Shown here: positions 51,450 to 61,200 of the stretch, in pieces
How positions within the stretch are numbered: position 1 is the first letter of the stretch
Layout: every line of letters begins with the position of its first letter
Assembly: GCA_963815355.1 (NCBI GenBank)
Contig: CAWFGJ010000004.1
Span: 39,098 to 103,097, forward strand
Direction of reading: 5' to 3'
DNA length: 64,000 nt
Origin: an uncultured Alphaproteobacteria bacterium
GTDB taxonomy: Bacteria > Pseudomonadota > Alphaproteobacteria > Rhodobacterales > Rhodobacteraceae
Notes under the pieces: generated by a model
The model's input: only the letters and a program-made list of their open reading frames with translations
Told to the model about the DNA's origin: nothing
Database searches by the model: none
Program-made: the position numbers and the translations under genes

Positions 51450-52913
51450 ATGCTCTGGTCGATGCTCAAAGTCCTGATGTTTGTTGCGGTCGTGGCGCTG
51501 TTCACCATCGGCGCGGGCAAGCTGCTTGATACCGGCGAGGGTATCCGCATTTCAGCGGCAGGCTGGGAATTGACCCTTGGCCCGCTCCAAGCCGTGGTCG
51601 CGGCCTTGCTCTTGGTGTTGGTGGTCTGGCTCCTGATCCGTCTGATTGGGCTGGCCGTGGCAACGCTGCGCTTCCTGAATGGAGACGAAACTGCGATCTC
51701 CCGCTATTTTGACCGCAATCGGGAACGCAAGGGCTATCAGGCCCTATCCGAAAGCCTCATCGCGCTGGCGGCAGGTGAAGGCCGTCTTGCCATGATCCGC
51801 GCCCAACGCGCCGAGAAGTTCCTCGATAAACCCGAGCTTACGACCATCGTCGTCGCCCAAGCCGCCGAAGCCTCAGGCGACGGCAAGCGTGCAACCGAGG
51901 CCTACAAGGCCCTGCTGGCGGACGACTCGACACGGTTTGTCGGCATTCGCGGCTTGCTGAAGCAAAAACTGGCCGATGGCGATACCGATACCGCGCTCAA
52001 ACTTGCCGAAAAAGCCTTTGCGCTGAAACCCAAGCACGCCGAAACGCAGGACATCTTGCTGAAACTGCAATCGGGCAGTTCTGATTGGGCTGGAGCCCGC
52101 GCAACCCTTGGGGCAAAGCTGAAAAGCGGCGCCTTGCCGCGCGATGTCTATCGTCGCCGCGATGCGATCATGGCCCTGCAAGAGGCAAAGGGCATTTTTG
52201 ATGACTCCGCCCCCATCGAGGCCCGCGAGGCTGCGATCGAAGCCAACCGCCAATCGCCCGACCTGATCCCCGGCGCCGTGATGGCAGCCCGTTCGCTGAC
52301 GGCCAAGGGCGACCGCCGCAGCGCCACTCGCGTGATCCGCAAGGCCTGGGAGGGGCAAGCCCATCCCGATCTCGCCGCCGCCTTTGCCGAGATAGAGCCC
52401 GACGAAACGGCCGTAGCGCGGATCAAACGGTTCAAGCTGCTGACGGCCATGCACCCCGAGGCCGACGAAACGCGCCTTCTCCTTGCCGAACTGAATATTT
52501 CGGCCGAAGATTTCCCCGAAGCGCGCCGCGCCATTGCAGATCTTGCCACCCGCCACCCCACCCAGCGCGCATTGGCAATCATGGCCGCAATTGAGCGCGG
52601 CGAGGGATCGGATGAGGCCGTGGTGCGCGGTTGGCTCGCCAAGGCCCTGACAGCCCCCCGTGGCCCCCAATGGTGCTGCGACAAATGTCAGGCGATCCAC
52701 GCCGAATGGCACCCGATCTGCGACAACTGCGGTGGGTTTGATACGCTGAGCTGGCGGGAGCCTGTGCAAAACGCCGGGGGCACGGCCAACGGGGCAGAAC
52801 TCTTGCCGCTGCTGGTCAATCCGCCGCCGCCGTCCGAACCAGAAGTCCCGCCCGAGGACCCTGCCGAGGAAGAAATCATCGACCTCGCCGCTGTGGTCCG
52901 CAACGCCAACTGA
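51450..52913 (+). CDS. HemY N-terminal domain/TPR membrane protein (heme biosynthesis-associated)
   Basis: Two N-terminal TM helices, TPR-like repeats and a C-terminal zinc-ribbon CCDKC...CDNCG. Confidence 0.75.
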   Translation: MLWSMLKVLMFVAVVALFTIGAGKLLDTGEGIRISAAGWELTLGPLQAVVAALLLVLVVWLLIRLIGLAVATLRFLNGDETAISRYFDRNRERKGYQALSESLIALAAGEGRLAMIRAQRAEKFLDKPELTTIVVAQAAEASGDGKRATEAYKALLADDSTRFVGIRGLLKQKLADGDTDTALKLAEKAFALKPKHAETQDILLKLQSGSSDWAGARATLGAKLKSGALPRDVYRRRDAIMALQEAKGIFDDSAPIEAREAAIEANRQSPDLIPGAVMAARSLTAKGDRRSATRVIRKAWEGQAHPDLAAAFAEIEPDETAVARIKRFKLLTAMHPEADETRLLLAELNISAEDFPEARRAIADLATRHPTQRALAIMAAIERGEGSDEAVVRGWLAKALTAPRGPQWCCDKCQAIHAEWHPICDNCGGFDTLSWREPVQNAGGTANGAELLPLLVNPPPPSEPEVPPEDPAEEEIIDLAAVVRNAN

Positions 52914-52995
52914 CCGCCCAAACCTTCTGCTCCGCAAAGAGTTGCAGGGCTTGACTTAATTTGGACCGGGCAATAGGAGGGCGGAACCAGAAAGT

Positions 52996-53071
52996 GCCGC
53001 TGTAGCTCAGCTGGTAGAGCACGTCATTCGTAATGATGGGGTCGGGAGTTCGAGTCTCTTCAGCGGCACCA
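52996..53071 (+). tRNA. tRNA-Thr (anticodon CGU), CCA encoded
   Basis: The 76-nt cloverleaf was folded by hand. Acceptor stem GCCGCTG/CAGCGGC, D stem GCTC/GAGC, anticodon loop TTCGTAA, T loop TTCGAGT, 3' ACCA. Confidence 0.93.
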
Positions 53072-53436
53072 GTTTTCTTCCCGAAATGCCCGATGATATA
53101 CGCAAATCCCCTGTTTCAAGGGGTTTACCGGTCCCGGACCGCCCGCCGAGGCATATGCTGTTCCAGAGGATTGCCCTGTGTGAGGGTGCAGCTTCTGGAG
53201 GTGTGTGAAATCGGTAGAAGCGATACCCCACATGCGCCCGATGAATGCTTCGAATCGTCACCTAAGGCTTACGTAAGGCCGCACGGGGCTTTGAACGTTG
53301 CGCGCTTAGGCGTCAGTAAATTCCTAAGTCGCGCCATCGGCCCCCAAATGAACCGGATCAAAGCAGCGCAAGCGGAGCGGGCTATCCGCTCCCCTGCTCT
53401 TTCACGGATCTGCGGCGCTCTTGAAACGGCCTTCGC

Positions 53437-54189
53437 TCAGGCACCGGCTGTTCTGCGAACGGGCGCAAAGTTCAGCGCGGGAAGGACGACATCGCGACCA
53501 GACTGCAATGCAAGCAGATCGTCCCGCAGGCTGAGAAGCTGTTCCAGAACGTCGCCCTCCCGGCGACAGGCCGCACAATTGCAAACGGACGATTGCATTG
53601 TCGTCCTTGCCCTAACCATCCGGATGACCATCCGGCTTCCGTCGATCAGCAGGATCGCGCTGACTGACGCAAGAATGGCCGCCGCGTAGGCCAATGGAAC
53701 CACCACTTGAAACGTGGCCCAAGGGCTGGCGGCCAGTACCTTGCTGATGCCCATCGCAAGCGCGAGCAGCCAGCTGACCGTCGATACGCCTGACATCAGC
53801 GCCACGCCGATCTTTTGGCTGAACGGCAGGTCCAAGGGTCGGACGCCCACATTCCTTGCCAGTATGGGCATTGCGATCCTGCCGATAAGAACGGCGTTGA
53901 CGGTTAGCAATGCGACGATACCCAGCTTGCTGAACAACTTTGGCGAGAACTTTTCCACATCAAACCCAGTGCGGATGAAGACCATCAGCAGGCCAGTCAC
54001 CCACATCGCAAAAATCGCCGTCGCCACGTGCACGTGATATTGCTTGAGGGTCTCGATGAACTTGCTTTCGATGGGGACATTCAGCCGGGAAAAGACATAA
54101 AAATCCGCCAAATACGCTCCTCCGAGGCCAATCGTAACCGTCAGAATGTGCGAAAAACGGGCGAAATCTGTTAGCAATAGAGCGTCCAC
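53437..54189 (-). CDS. Hypothetical membrane protein with five predicted TM helices and a Cys-rich cytoplasmic tail
   Basis: A GTG at 54189 lies 6 nt after GGAAGGAG. The product is 250 aa with five hydrophobic helices, then a roughly 60-aa tail containing CNCAAC. The 140-codon upstream extension in the track lacks an RBS and looks non-coding. Confidence 0.5.
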   Translation of the reverse strand: MDALLLTDFARFSHILTVTIGLGGAYLADFYVFSRLNVPIESKFIETLKQYHVHVATAIFAMWVTGLLMVFIRTGFDVEKFSPKLFSKLGIVALLTVNAVLIGRIAMPILARNVGVRPLDLPFSQKIGVALMSGVSTVSWLLALAMGISKVLAASPWATFQVVVPLAYAAAILASVSAILLIDGSRMVIRMVRARTTMQSSVCNCAACRREGDVLEQLLSLRDDLLALQSGRDVVLPALNFAPVRRTAGA

Positions 54190-55072
54190 GATGGTCTCCT
54201 TCCTGTTTCTGGCTGCTACAACGTGTGGCCACCATATTTGAACGGGCCATATTTGGATATCTGAGCCCCCGGCGACGACAGGCAGAAGCCCGCCGAGGTC
54301 TGAGCGCAATTTTTCTCGTCTCTGTATTCGAACAAGAATTTTTGAACCGGCCTGACCAATCTCAAGATTTTGGTCGGCGGCTTTGTGCCAAGGCGCAAAG
54401 CAACGATGGTTGACGTAGGGGAAAGAGGGTTTTTCAAGCCCCCAAATGCTGACGCATGAAGGCGTGGAACGACACCAATCTGTCCGGTGATTCGCCCGAA
54501 AAAGGCGCGTTTGGACAGGCCACCAAAGTGCTCCAGCGGGAATGTTTGCGGTTAAAGGTGCCAATTCCGGCTCGACCATATCCGGCGTGACGCCCGGTCC
54601 AAGCCACATGATTGCAGGCCTTCAGCAACCGCCGATCAACGCACAGAATCGGATCGCGCCTGCATATCCACCCCTCAAAGATCTGACGAGAAAATTCAGG
54701 AGCAGTTTTTAGCAAATGCCTATCTGTCATTTGCCGCCAAGGGCCGTGTGATGCCCGCCAAAGACACGCGCCTTGTTCGGGCCCGCCATCGTGATCAAGC
54801 CGAAGGGCCCCTTTGGACTGACGATCAAGGCTTCGGCGGAGGGCGTTTGAATGGCACTCAATCGAGTATACGTATGTAACCGATTGTTTTTAAGCAAATA
54901 TCTTTATGAACTTCGATCCTTTCGGTCGCGCCGAACGGGAGATCAGCCCGTTGGGGGGGGGTAGATGCAACGGAGGCATCGCTTCTTTTCAGACTTAGGT
55001 CTGAACTCATTTTGCGACCAAGCGCCAACTCTTGGTCCCACCTTCGGCGCTGCGTCAGCCCGCCGCCGCCCG

Positions 55073-55087
55073 TTAATCTGACGTTAA
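55073..55087. promoter_or_regulatory. CtrA-type box TTAA-N7-TTAA upstream of the giant peroxidase gene
   Basis: The plus strand reads TTAAtctgacgTTAAg. The minus strand reads TTAAcgtcagaTTAAC, a full match to TTAA-N7-TTAAC. It lies 119-133 nt before the ATG at 55206. Confidence 0.4.
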
Positions 55088-55205
55088 GGAATCACCAATC
55101 CTGACCGGAAAAGGCCATGGCGCAAGTGCGCTTTTGGCGTCGGGATTCTGCTTTCAATCGCCCGCCCAAAACAGGGCGGCAGCTTTTCTCGGGGGAGAAA
55201 CTCAA

Positions 55206-58200
55206 ATGGCTACCAGCTTCCGTGTTAACGAGGCCGACCTTACATTCATCCTGCGCCAGATCAAAATCGCAGAGGCGCATTCGGGCGGGATATCTCTCAC
55301 TCAGGCGATCCAGAATGAATTTGGGCTTAGCCCATCTGATGCAAATTTGGTGCCATTCGGCCTTCGCACCGTTGACGGCAGTCTCAACAATCTTGCGCCG
55401 GGGCAAGAGAATTTCGGCGCCGCGGGCCAGCCGTTTCCGCGACTTTTGGACCCGCAGTTCTTGAATGACACCGATGGCGATCAGATCGACCTCGACGGGC
55501 CTGGAGGTATGCCGCCCGTTCAGCAAGGCGACTATGGCCAACCCAGCAATGTGATCGACGCGGACCCGCGCACCATCAGCAATCTGATCGTCAATCAAAC
55601 GGTAGATAACCCGGCAGCGCTTTATGCCGCGCTCAAGCTCGCGGGGATAACCGGAATTGCCGCCACCGCCGCCGTCGCGGCCATTCAGTCAGCCCATGGT
55701 GCCCACCAGAACGCGCAAACGGCCTTGATCGTGGCGCAGGCGCAATATGACGCCGCCCTGTCCGACGTCTATGCGGGGCCGAGCCTGCTTGCAGATCTGT
55801 CCGCTGATCTTGCCACAACCGCTCAGGCGATGATTTCCGCGCTTGGCGCCTCTTTCTTTGTCGGAGCCACGGTCGACGCCACCGACATGACCAATCTTGG
55901 CAACGCAGTCGCAGCCGCTGAGGCCGCCAGCATCGCGGCGCAGGATGTTGTGGCGTCTTTGGCAGGCCTGCCCGAAGAGGCGACAGCCCAAGCCATTGCG
56001 ACCAATAGCGCCAGCTTGCTCGCCTCGCTTCAACTGCTGCAAGCGAACACGACCCTGGGTGAGCCCGTTGATTTTGGCGAAGAGATTGCAGCGGTCTTTG
56101 CCGCCAATGGGGCCGCAAGCGGCCTTGTTTCCGATACAACGGCCTTGACCGGGACATTGGCCGGCATGATTTCGGGGGCCATTGATCTGCCAACCGCCAC
56201 GGCCAATCTTGCGGCGGCAACAGCTGCGGTTGCGACCACGCACGCGAACTATACCGGGGTGCTTGAAAGCAACGGCGTCGTGGTTGGTGCCGATGGTGGC
56301 GTCGAAATTCCAAACCTGTCGCCCGATATCGGGCTTTCGCCGTCGTTCAACGCCTGGATGACCTTCTTCGGGCAGTTCTTTGATCACGGCCTTGATCTGG
56401 TCACCAAAAGCGGCAACGGCACCGTCTATATCCCGCTGGAGCCCGATGACCCGCTGATCACCCATGGACCGGACGGCATCGCAGGTAGCGGCGACGAGGT
56501 GCCGCCGCATCTGGCCTTTATGGCCGTGACGCGCGCCGCAGTGGACGCAAACGGCAACGCCGAGAACACGACGACGCCCTTCGTGGATCAAAACCAGACC
56601 TATACTTCACACCCTTCGCATCAGGTGTTCCTGCGCGCCTTCACGCGCGTTGATATCGGTGACGGCAATGGGATGGTGACTCGCGCAACCGGCGGGTTGC
56701 TGGATGGCGGCACGGGTGTCGGTTCCTTGCACGGCGCACCAGCCAACTGGGGCGAAGTCAAAGACCAAGCCCAGTCCATGCTGGGGATCAAACTGAACGA
56801 CTTTGACGTCCACAGCGCGCCCCTTCTGCTGACCGACGCGTATGGTGAGTTCATTCCGGGCGCGCATGGCTATGCGCAACTGGTGATGCAACCAGACGCG
56901 AACCACAGCGGGGTTTGGCTGCAAGAAGGCAATCCCGATGGCAGCGTCACAACCGCTGGGGCCTATACAACCGGGCACGCCTTTCTGAACGACATCGCCC
57001 ATCATGCGGCACCCGGCATGTACGATTCCGACGGTGACCACATACCCGATGCCCAACAGGTTGCCGACAGCGATCCAGGCGTGGGCGATGACCACAACGG
57101 CGCCACCTATGACGATGAAATGCTCAACGCACACTTCATCACGGGCGACGGTCGCGGCAACGAGAACATCGCACTGACCACAGTCCACTCGGTCTTTCAC
57201 AGCGAACACAACCGGCTGCTTGAGGCGAATAAGGCCACCATCCTTGAAAGCGCCGCCGATGGCGATCTCAGCTTCCTGAACGAATGGCTGCTGGTCGACG
57301 TGGCCACCGTGCCGACCGATCTTTCGACCTTGATCTGGGACGGCGAGCGGCTGTTCCAAGCCTCGCGCTTTGTGACGGAAATGCAGTATCAGCATCTGGT
57401 GTTCGAAGAATTCGCCCGCCGGATTCAGCCAGCAGTTGACCCGTTCGTGTTCACGCATTCGCCCGATGTCGATGCGGCAATTGTCGCGGAGTTTGCCCAC
57501 ACCGTCTATCGCTTTGGCCACTCGATGCTGACCGACACGGTTGACCGCCTCGACAACGGCCTGAACCCGGTCAATGGCGACAGCGATCAGGTCACGTTGA
57601 TCGAAGCGTTCCTGAACCCGCAGATGTTCATGGCCAGCGGTGCCAACCTTGATGAAGTTATTGGCAACATCGTCCGCGGAACCACGCGCGATATTGGCAA
57701 TGAGATGGATGAATTCGTGGTGCCCGCGCTGCAAAGCAACCTTTTGGGCCTGCCGCTTGACCTTGCCGCGATCAACATTGCGCGTGGCCGCGAGACCGGC
57801 ATCCCCTCGCTCAATGAGGCGCGCGCCCAGTTTTACGAAGACTACGGGCTTGCCGATCTGAAACCCTATACAAGCTGGCTCGACTTTGCCCAGCACATCA
57901 AGAACCCGGCCTCGATCATCAACTTCATCGCGGCCTATGGCACCCACCCGCTGATCACGGGCGAAGCCACGCTAGAGGGTATGCGCGGCGCGGCGATGGC
58001 GCTTGTGACCGGTGTTGATCAGACCCTTTCCGATGGCCGCGTTATTGCTGCGACGACGGCACAGGACCGTGCGGCGTTCCTGAATGCGACCGGCGCCTAT
58101 GCGACACCCGCATTGGGGGGCATGAACAACATTGATTTCTGGATCGGCGGTCTTGCTGAAGAGCTGAATGAATTTGGCGGGATGCTGGGGTCAACCTTCA

Positions 58201-61200
58201 ACCTTGTCTTTGAATTCCAGATGGAACGCCTTCAGACCGGGGACCGCTTCTACTATCTCAGCCGCACCCAAGGCACCAACCTGCTGAACCAGCTTGAACC
58301 CAACACCTTTACCGATCTCGTGATGCGCAATTCGTCGCTGGGCGACATCTATTCAACCCACCTCAGCGCCAGCTTGTTCATGACGCCGGACAACATCTTC
58401 GAACTTGATCGCGGGATCGCGCAAACCGACTACAACCCCGACGATCCGACGTCGATTGATCCGATCCACGATGACCCGTTCCTGCAACTGATCGATCCGC
58501 GGGTTGTGCGTGACTATGCGGGGGCCAGTCAGATCGAAGTCAATGGCGTGATGCATGACGTGGGTGGCCTGCTGAAATACAGCGGCGGCGAGCATGTGGT
58601 GCTGGGCGGCACGGAGGGCAACGATACCCTGCTGGGCGACAAAGGCATCGACGCGCTTTGGGGCGACGGGGGGAACGACTACCTGAACGCCGGGATGGAA
58701 TCCGATAACGTCTTTGGCGGGGCAGGGGACGACATCATCGAAGATCCCTTCGGTGACGACGTGCTGCGCGGCGAAGAGGGCAACGACGTCATCAGTGCAG
58801 GCAGCGGGCTTGACCTGATCTTTGGCGGCGCTGGCCAAGACTACATCATCCTTGGCATGGACGACAAAGAAGCGTTTGGCGGGGAAGGCAACGACTTCAT
58901 GCTGGGCGGCACCGGCAACGAATTCTTGCTGGGTGGTGAAGGCGATGACTGGATCGAAGGCGGCAACGGCTTTGACGTGATCGCCGGTGACAATACGGAG
59001 CTCTTCTTCAACTCCTCCATCGTCGGCCATGACGTGGCATGGGGGCAGCAGAACGATCAGGATTATGACCTTGAATCGGGGGATGATATTGCCCTTTCGG
59101 GCCCCGGCATCCAGCGCTTTGAGGGCATGTTCGGGTTTGACTGGGCCAGCGGAAAGTACGACAGCGCCGGCGTCAAGTTTGACTTCGCCATCCCGATCTT
59201 CACCACCATCACAGCCGACATTCTGAAAGACCGGTTCGACCAGGTCGAAGCCGCCTCGGGCTGGATCTATGACGACGTGCTGGACGGGGATGACCGGGGG
59301 CATATCAACGGCGGCTCTTCCGCGCCGGATTCCGTGCCCACCGAGTTGTTCCGCGACCACTTGCTGACGCAGGAAGGGATCGACCGGATCGCCGGGCTGC
59401 ATGAATGGTTTGGCTCCATGGACGGCACCGATGCCCGCCAAACCCTTTTCGGAGGGCCGAGCGCCATACCCGGCTCGGCACCGGTCAGCACCTATCGCGA
59501 CGGAAACATCCTCATGGGCGGCGGCGGAAGTGACTTCCTGCGCGGCCGTGGTGGTTACGACCTTCTGGATGGCGATGCCTGGCTGAACGTGCGTATCAAA
59601 ATCGTCCACAACGGGGTGACCTATTCGGCGGAATCGCTGTCCACCGACACAACGGTGGCTGGCCCCCATGCCGGTTTGGTATTCAACACCAACCCCGATG
59701 GCTCGACCAACTTTGACAGCCCGGCCTTCGGAGGGCGATCTCTGAACGCGCTGGTGCTCGACGGGACGATCAACCCCGGCAACATGAGCATCATCCGCGA
59801 AATCCTCTACGACCAAAACCCAGAGAACAGCATCGACACAGCGGTCTTCCAAGGCACCTTCGCGGAATATGAGATCGAAGGCTCGGTTGACCTGAATGGC
59901 GACGGCGACTTCAACGATGCGGGGGAATTCACCGGCGCTGTGGATGTGGACGGTGACGGCTTTATCTCCGTGCGCGACCGTGACACCGGCACGATCGGTG
60001 CAACCGTGGACGGTGTGACGCTGTCCAGCCGCGGCGCACTGACCGACGACCGCGACCTGCTCAAGAACATCGAACAGCTGCAATTTGCAGATCGCATCGT
60101 GCCGATTGCCGGGAACAATCAACTTGCGACCGGCACCGTCACCATCAACGATGACACTCCGTTCGGGGGGCTGGTTACGCCCTATGTCGGCCAGGTGCTG
60201 ACCGCGACCCTGTCCAACTTCAGCGACGCAGACGGCATTCCGCTTGCACCCAACGGCCTGCCGGTCGGACTGACCTTTGAATGGCAAACCACCGAGATCG
60301 GGTCAAATGCCGGTTGGGCCACCATTCAGACCAGCACGACCTACACGGTGCGATCGGTCGACCCTGGCCATGCCCTGCGTGCGGTCGCCGTGTTCAAGGA
60401 CAGCAAAGGCGTGACAGAGCGGATCAATTCCGCCGCCACCGATAACCCGACCGCGGCTTATTCCGTGGCCGAAAACAGCGCCACCGGCACGGTTGTCGGC
60501 CTGCAGATCCCGTTTAGCGTCGATTACGATGCCCAACCGATAAACGGCCAACCACCTGCCGACGTGGATCTGACGACGCTTTATCACGAAATCGATCCGG
60601 CCAATGACGCGGGCGGGCGGTTCACCGTGATCTCCAATGGGGTCGATTTCAACGGCTTCCCCCGGTATTCACTGGTGGTGGCCCAAGGCGGACCGGGTGC
60701 GTTGAATTATGAGGCCGGGGTGCACACCACGGCAAACCAGTCGCACCAGTTCATCGACAACCAGTATCAGGTGGTGATCAACACTTATGACGCGCCCGGG
60801 GGCACTTTGGTTGCGGTCCGCCAGTTCACCGTTCTGCTGAATAACGTTGAACCAGAGCTGGTTGCGATTGCGCCGGTTCTTGACCTCAGCGGGTCGTCGA
60901 GTGGCAACGTTCGTGATGATTTCAGCCCCGCAGGCTATGCCGGCAATGATGGCAGTGCGAACTGGGCTGGAAATTGGATCGAGACCAACGACACCGGCAA
61001 CAACGGCGGGGCAGGCGGTGGCGATATCGACGTCAATGGCGGTCGGCTGCGCTTTGGCGAAAGCACCGATGGCAATGAAATCATCACCCGCGGCGTCAAT
61101 CTTAGCGGTGCCACTGCGGCCACGCTCAGCTTTGACTGGCAGGAAGATGATCGCGACACGGATGAGGATCTTCTGATCCAAGCGTTTGATGGCTCCACCT

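Noticed and set aside
52951-52995. Promoter for tRNA-Thr (TTGACT at 52951-52956)
   Set aside because: A -35-like hexamer is present, but the best -10 candidate at 16-17 nt spacing (ATAGGA/TAGGAG) is poor. It is not annotated.
53007-53689. ORFs of 84 aa (minus strand) and 218 aa (plus strand) overlapping tRNA-Thr
   Set aside because: They overlap a well-folded tRNA gene, have no RBS and have implausible composition.
54190-54609. Upstream extension making the membrane protein ORF 390 aa
   Set aside because: No RBS is present at the far start and the extension is Trp/Arg/Pro-rich. A strong GGAAGGAG-N6-GTG at 54189 precedes the first TM helix.
54434-54730. 98-aa minus-strand ORF (MTDRHLLKTAPEFSRQIF...), considered as a transposase or integrase remnant
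   Set aside because: I recognise no family motif and there is no RBS. It may be pseudogene debris, but I cannot support any call. It is mentioned under the non-coding-region finding only.
55117-55464. 115-aa ORF starting at the ATG at 55117 and overlapping the giant gene start in another frame (possible uORF)
   Set aside because: It runs out of frame through conserved N-terminal peroxidase codons. Its composition is implausible and nothing supports translation.
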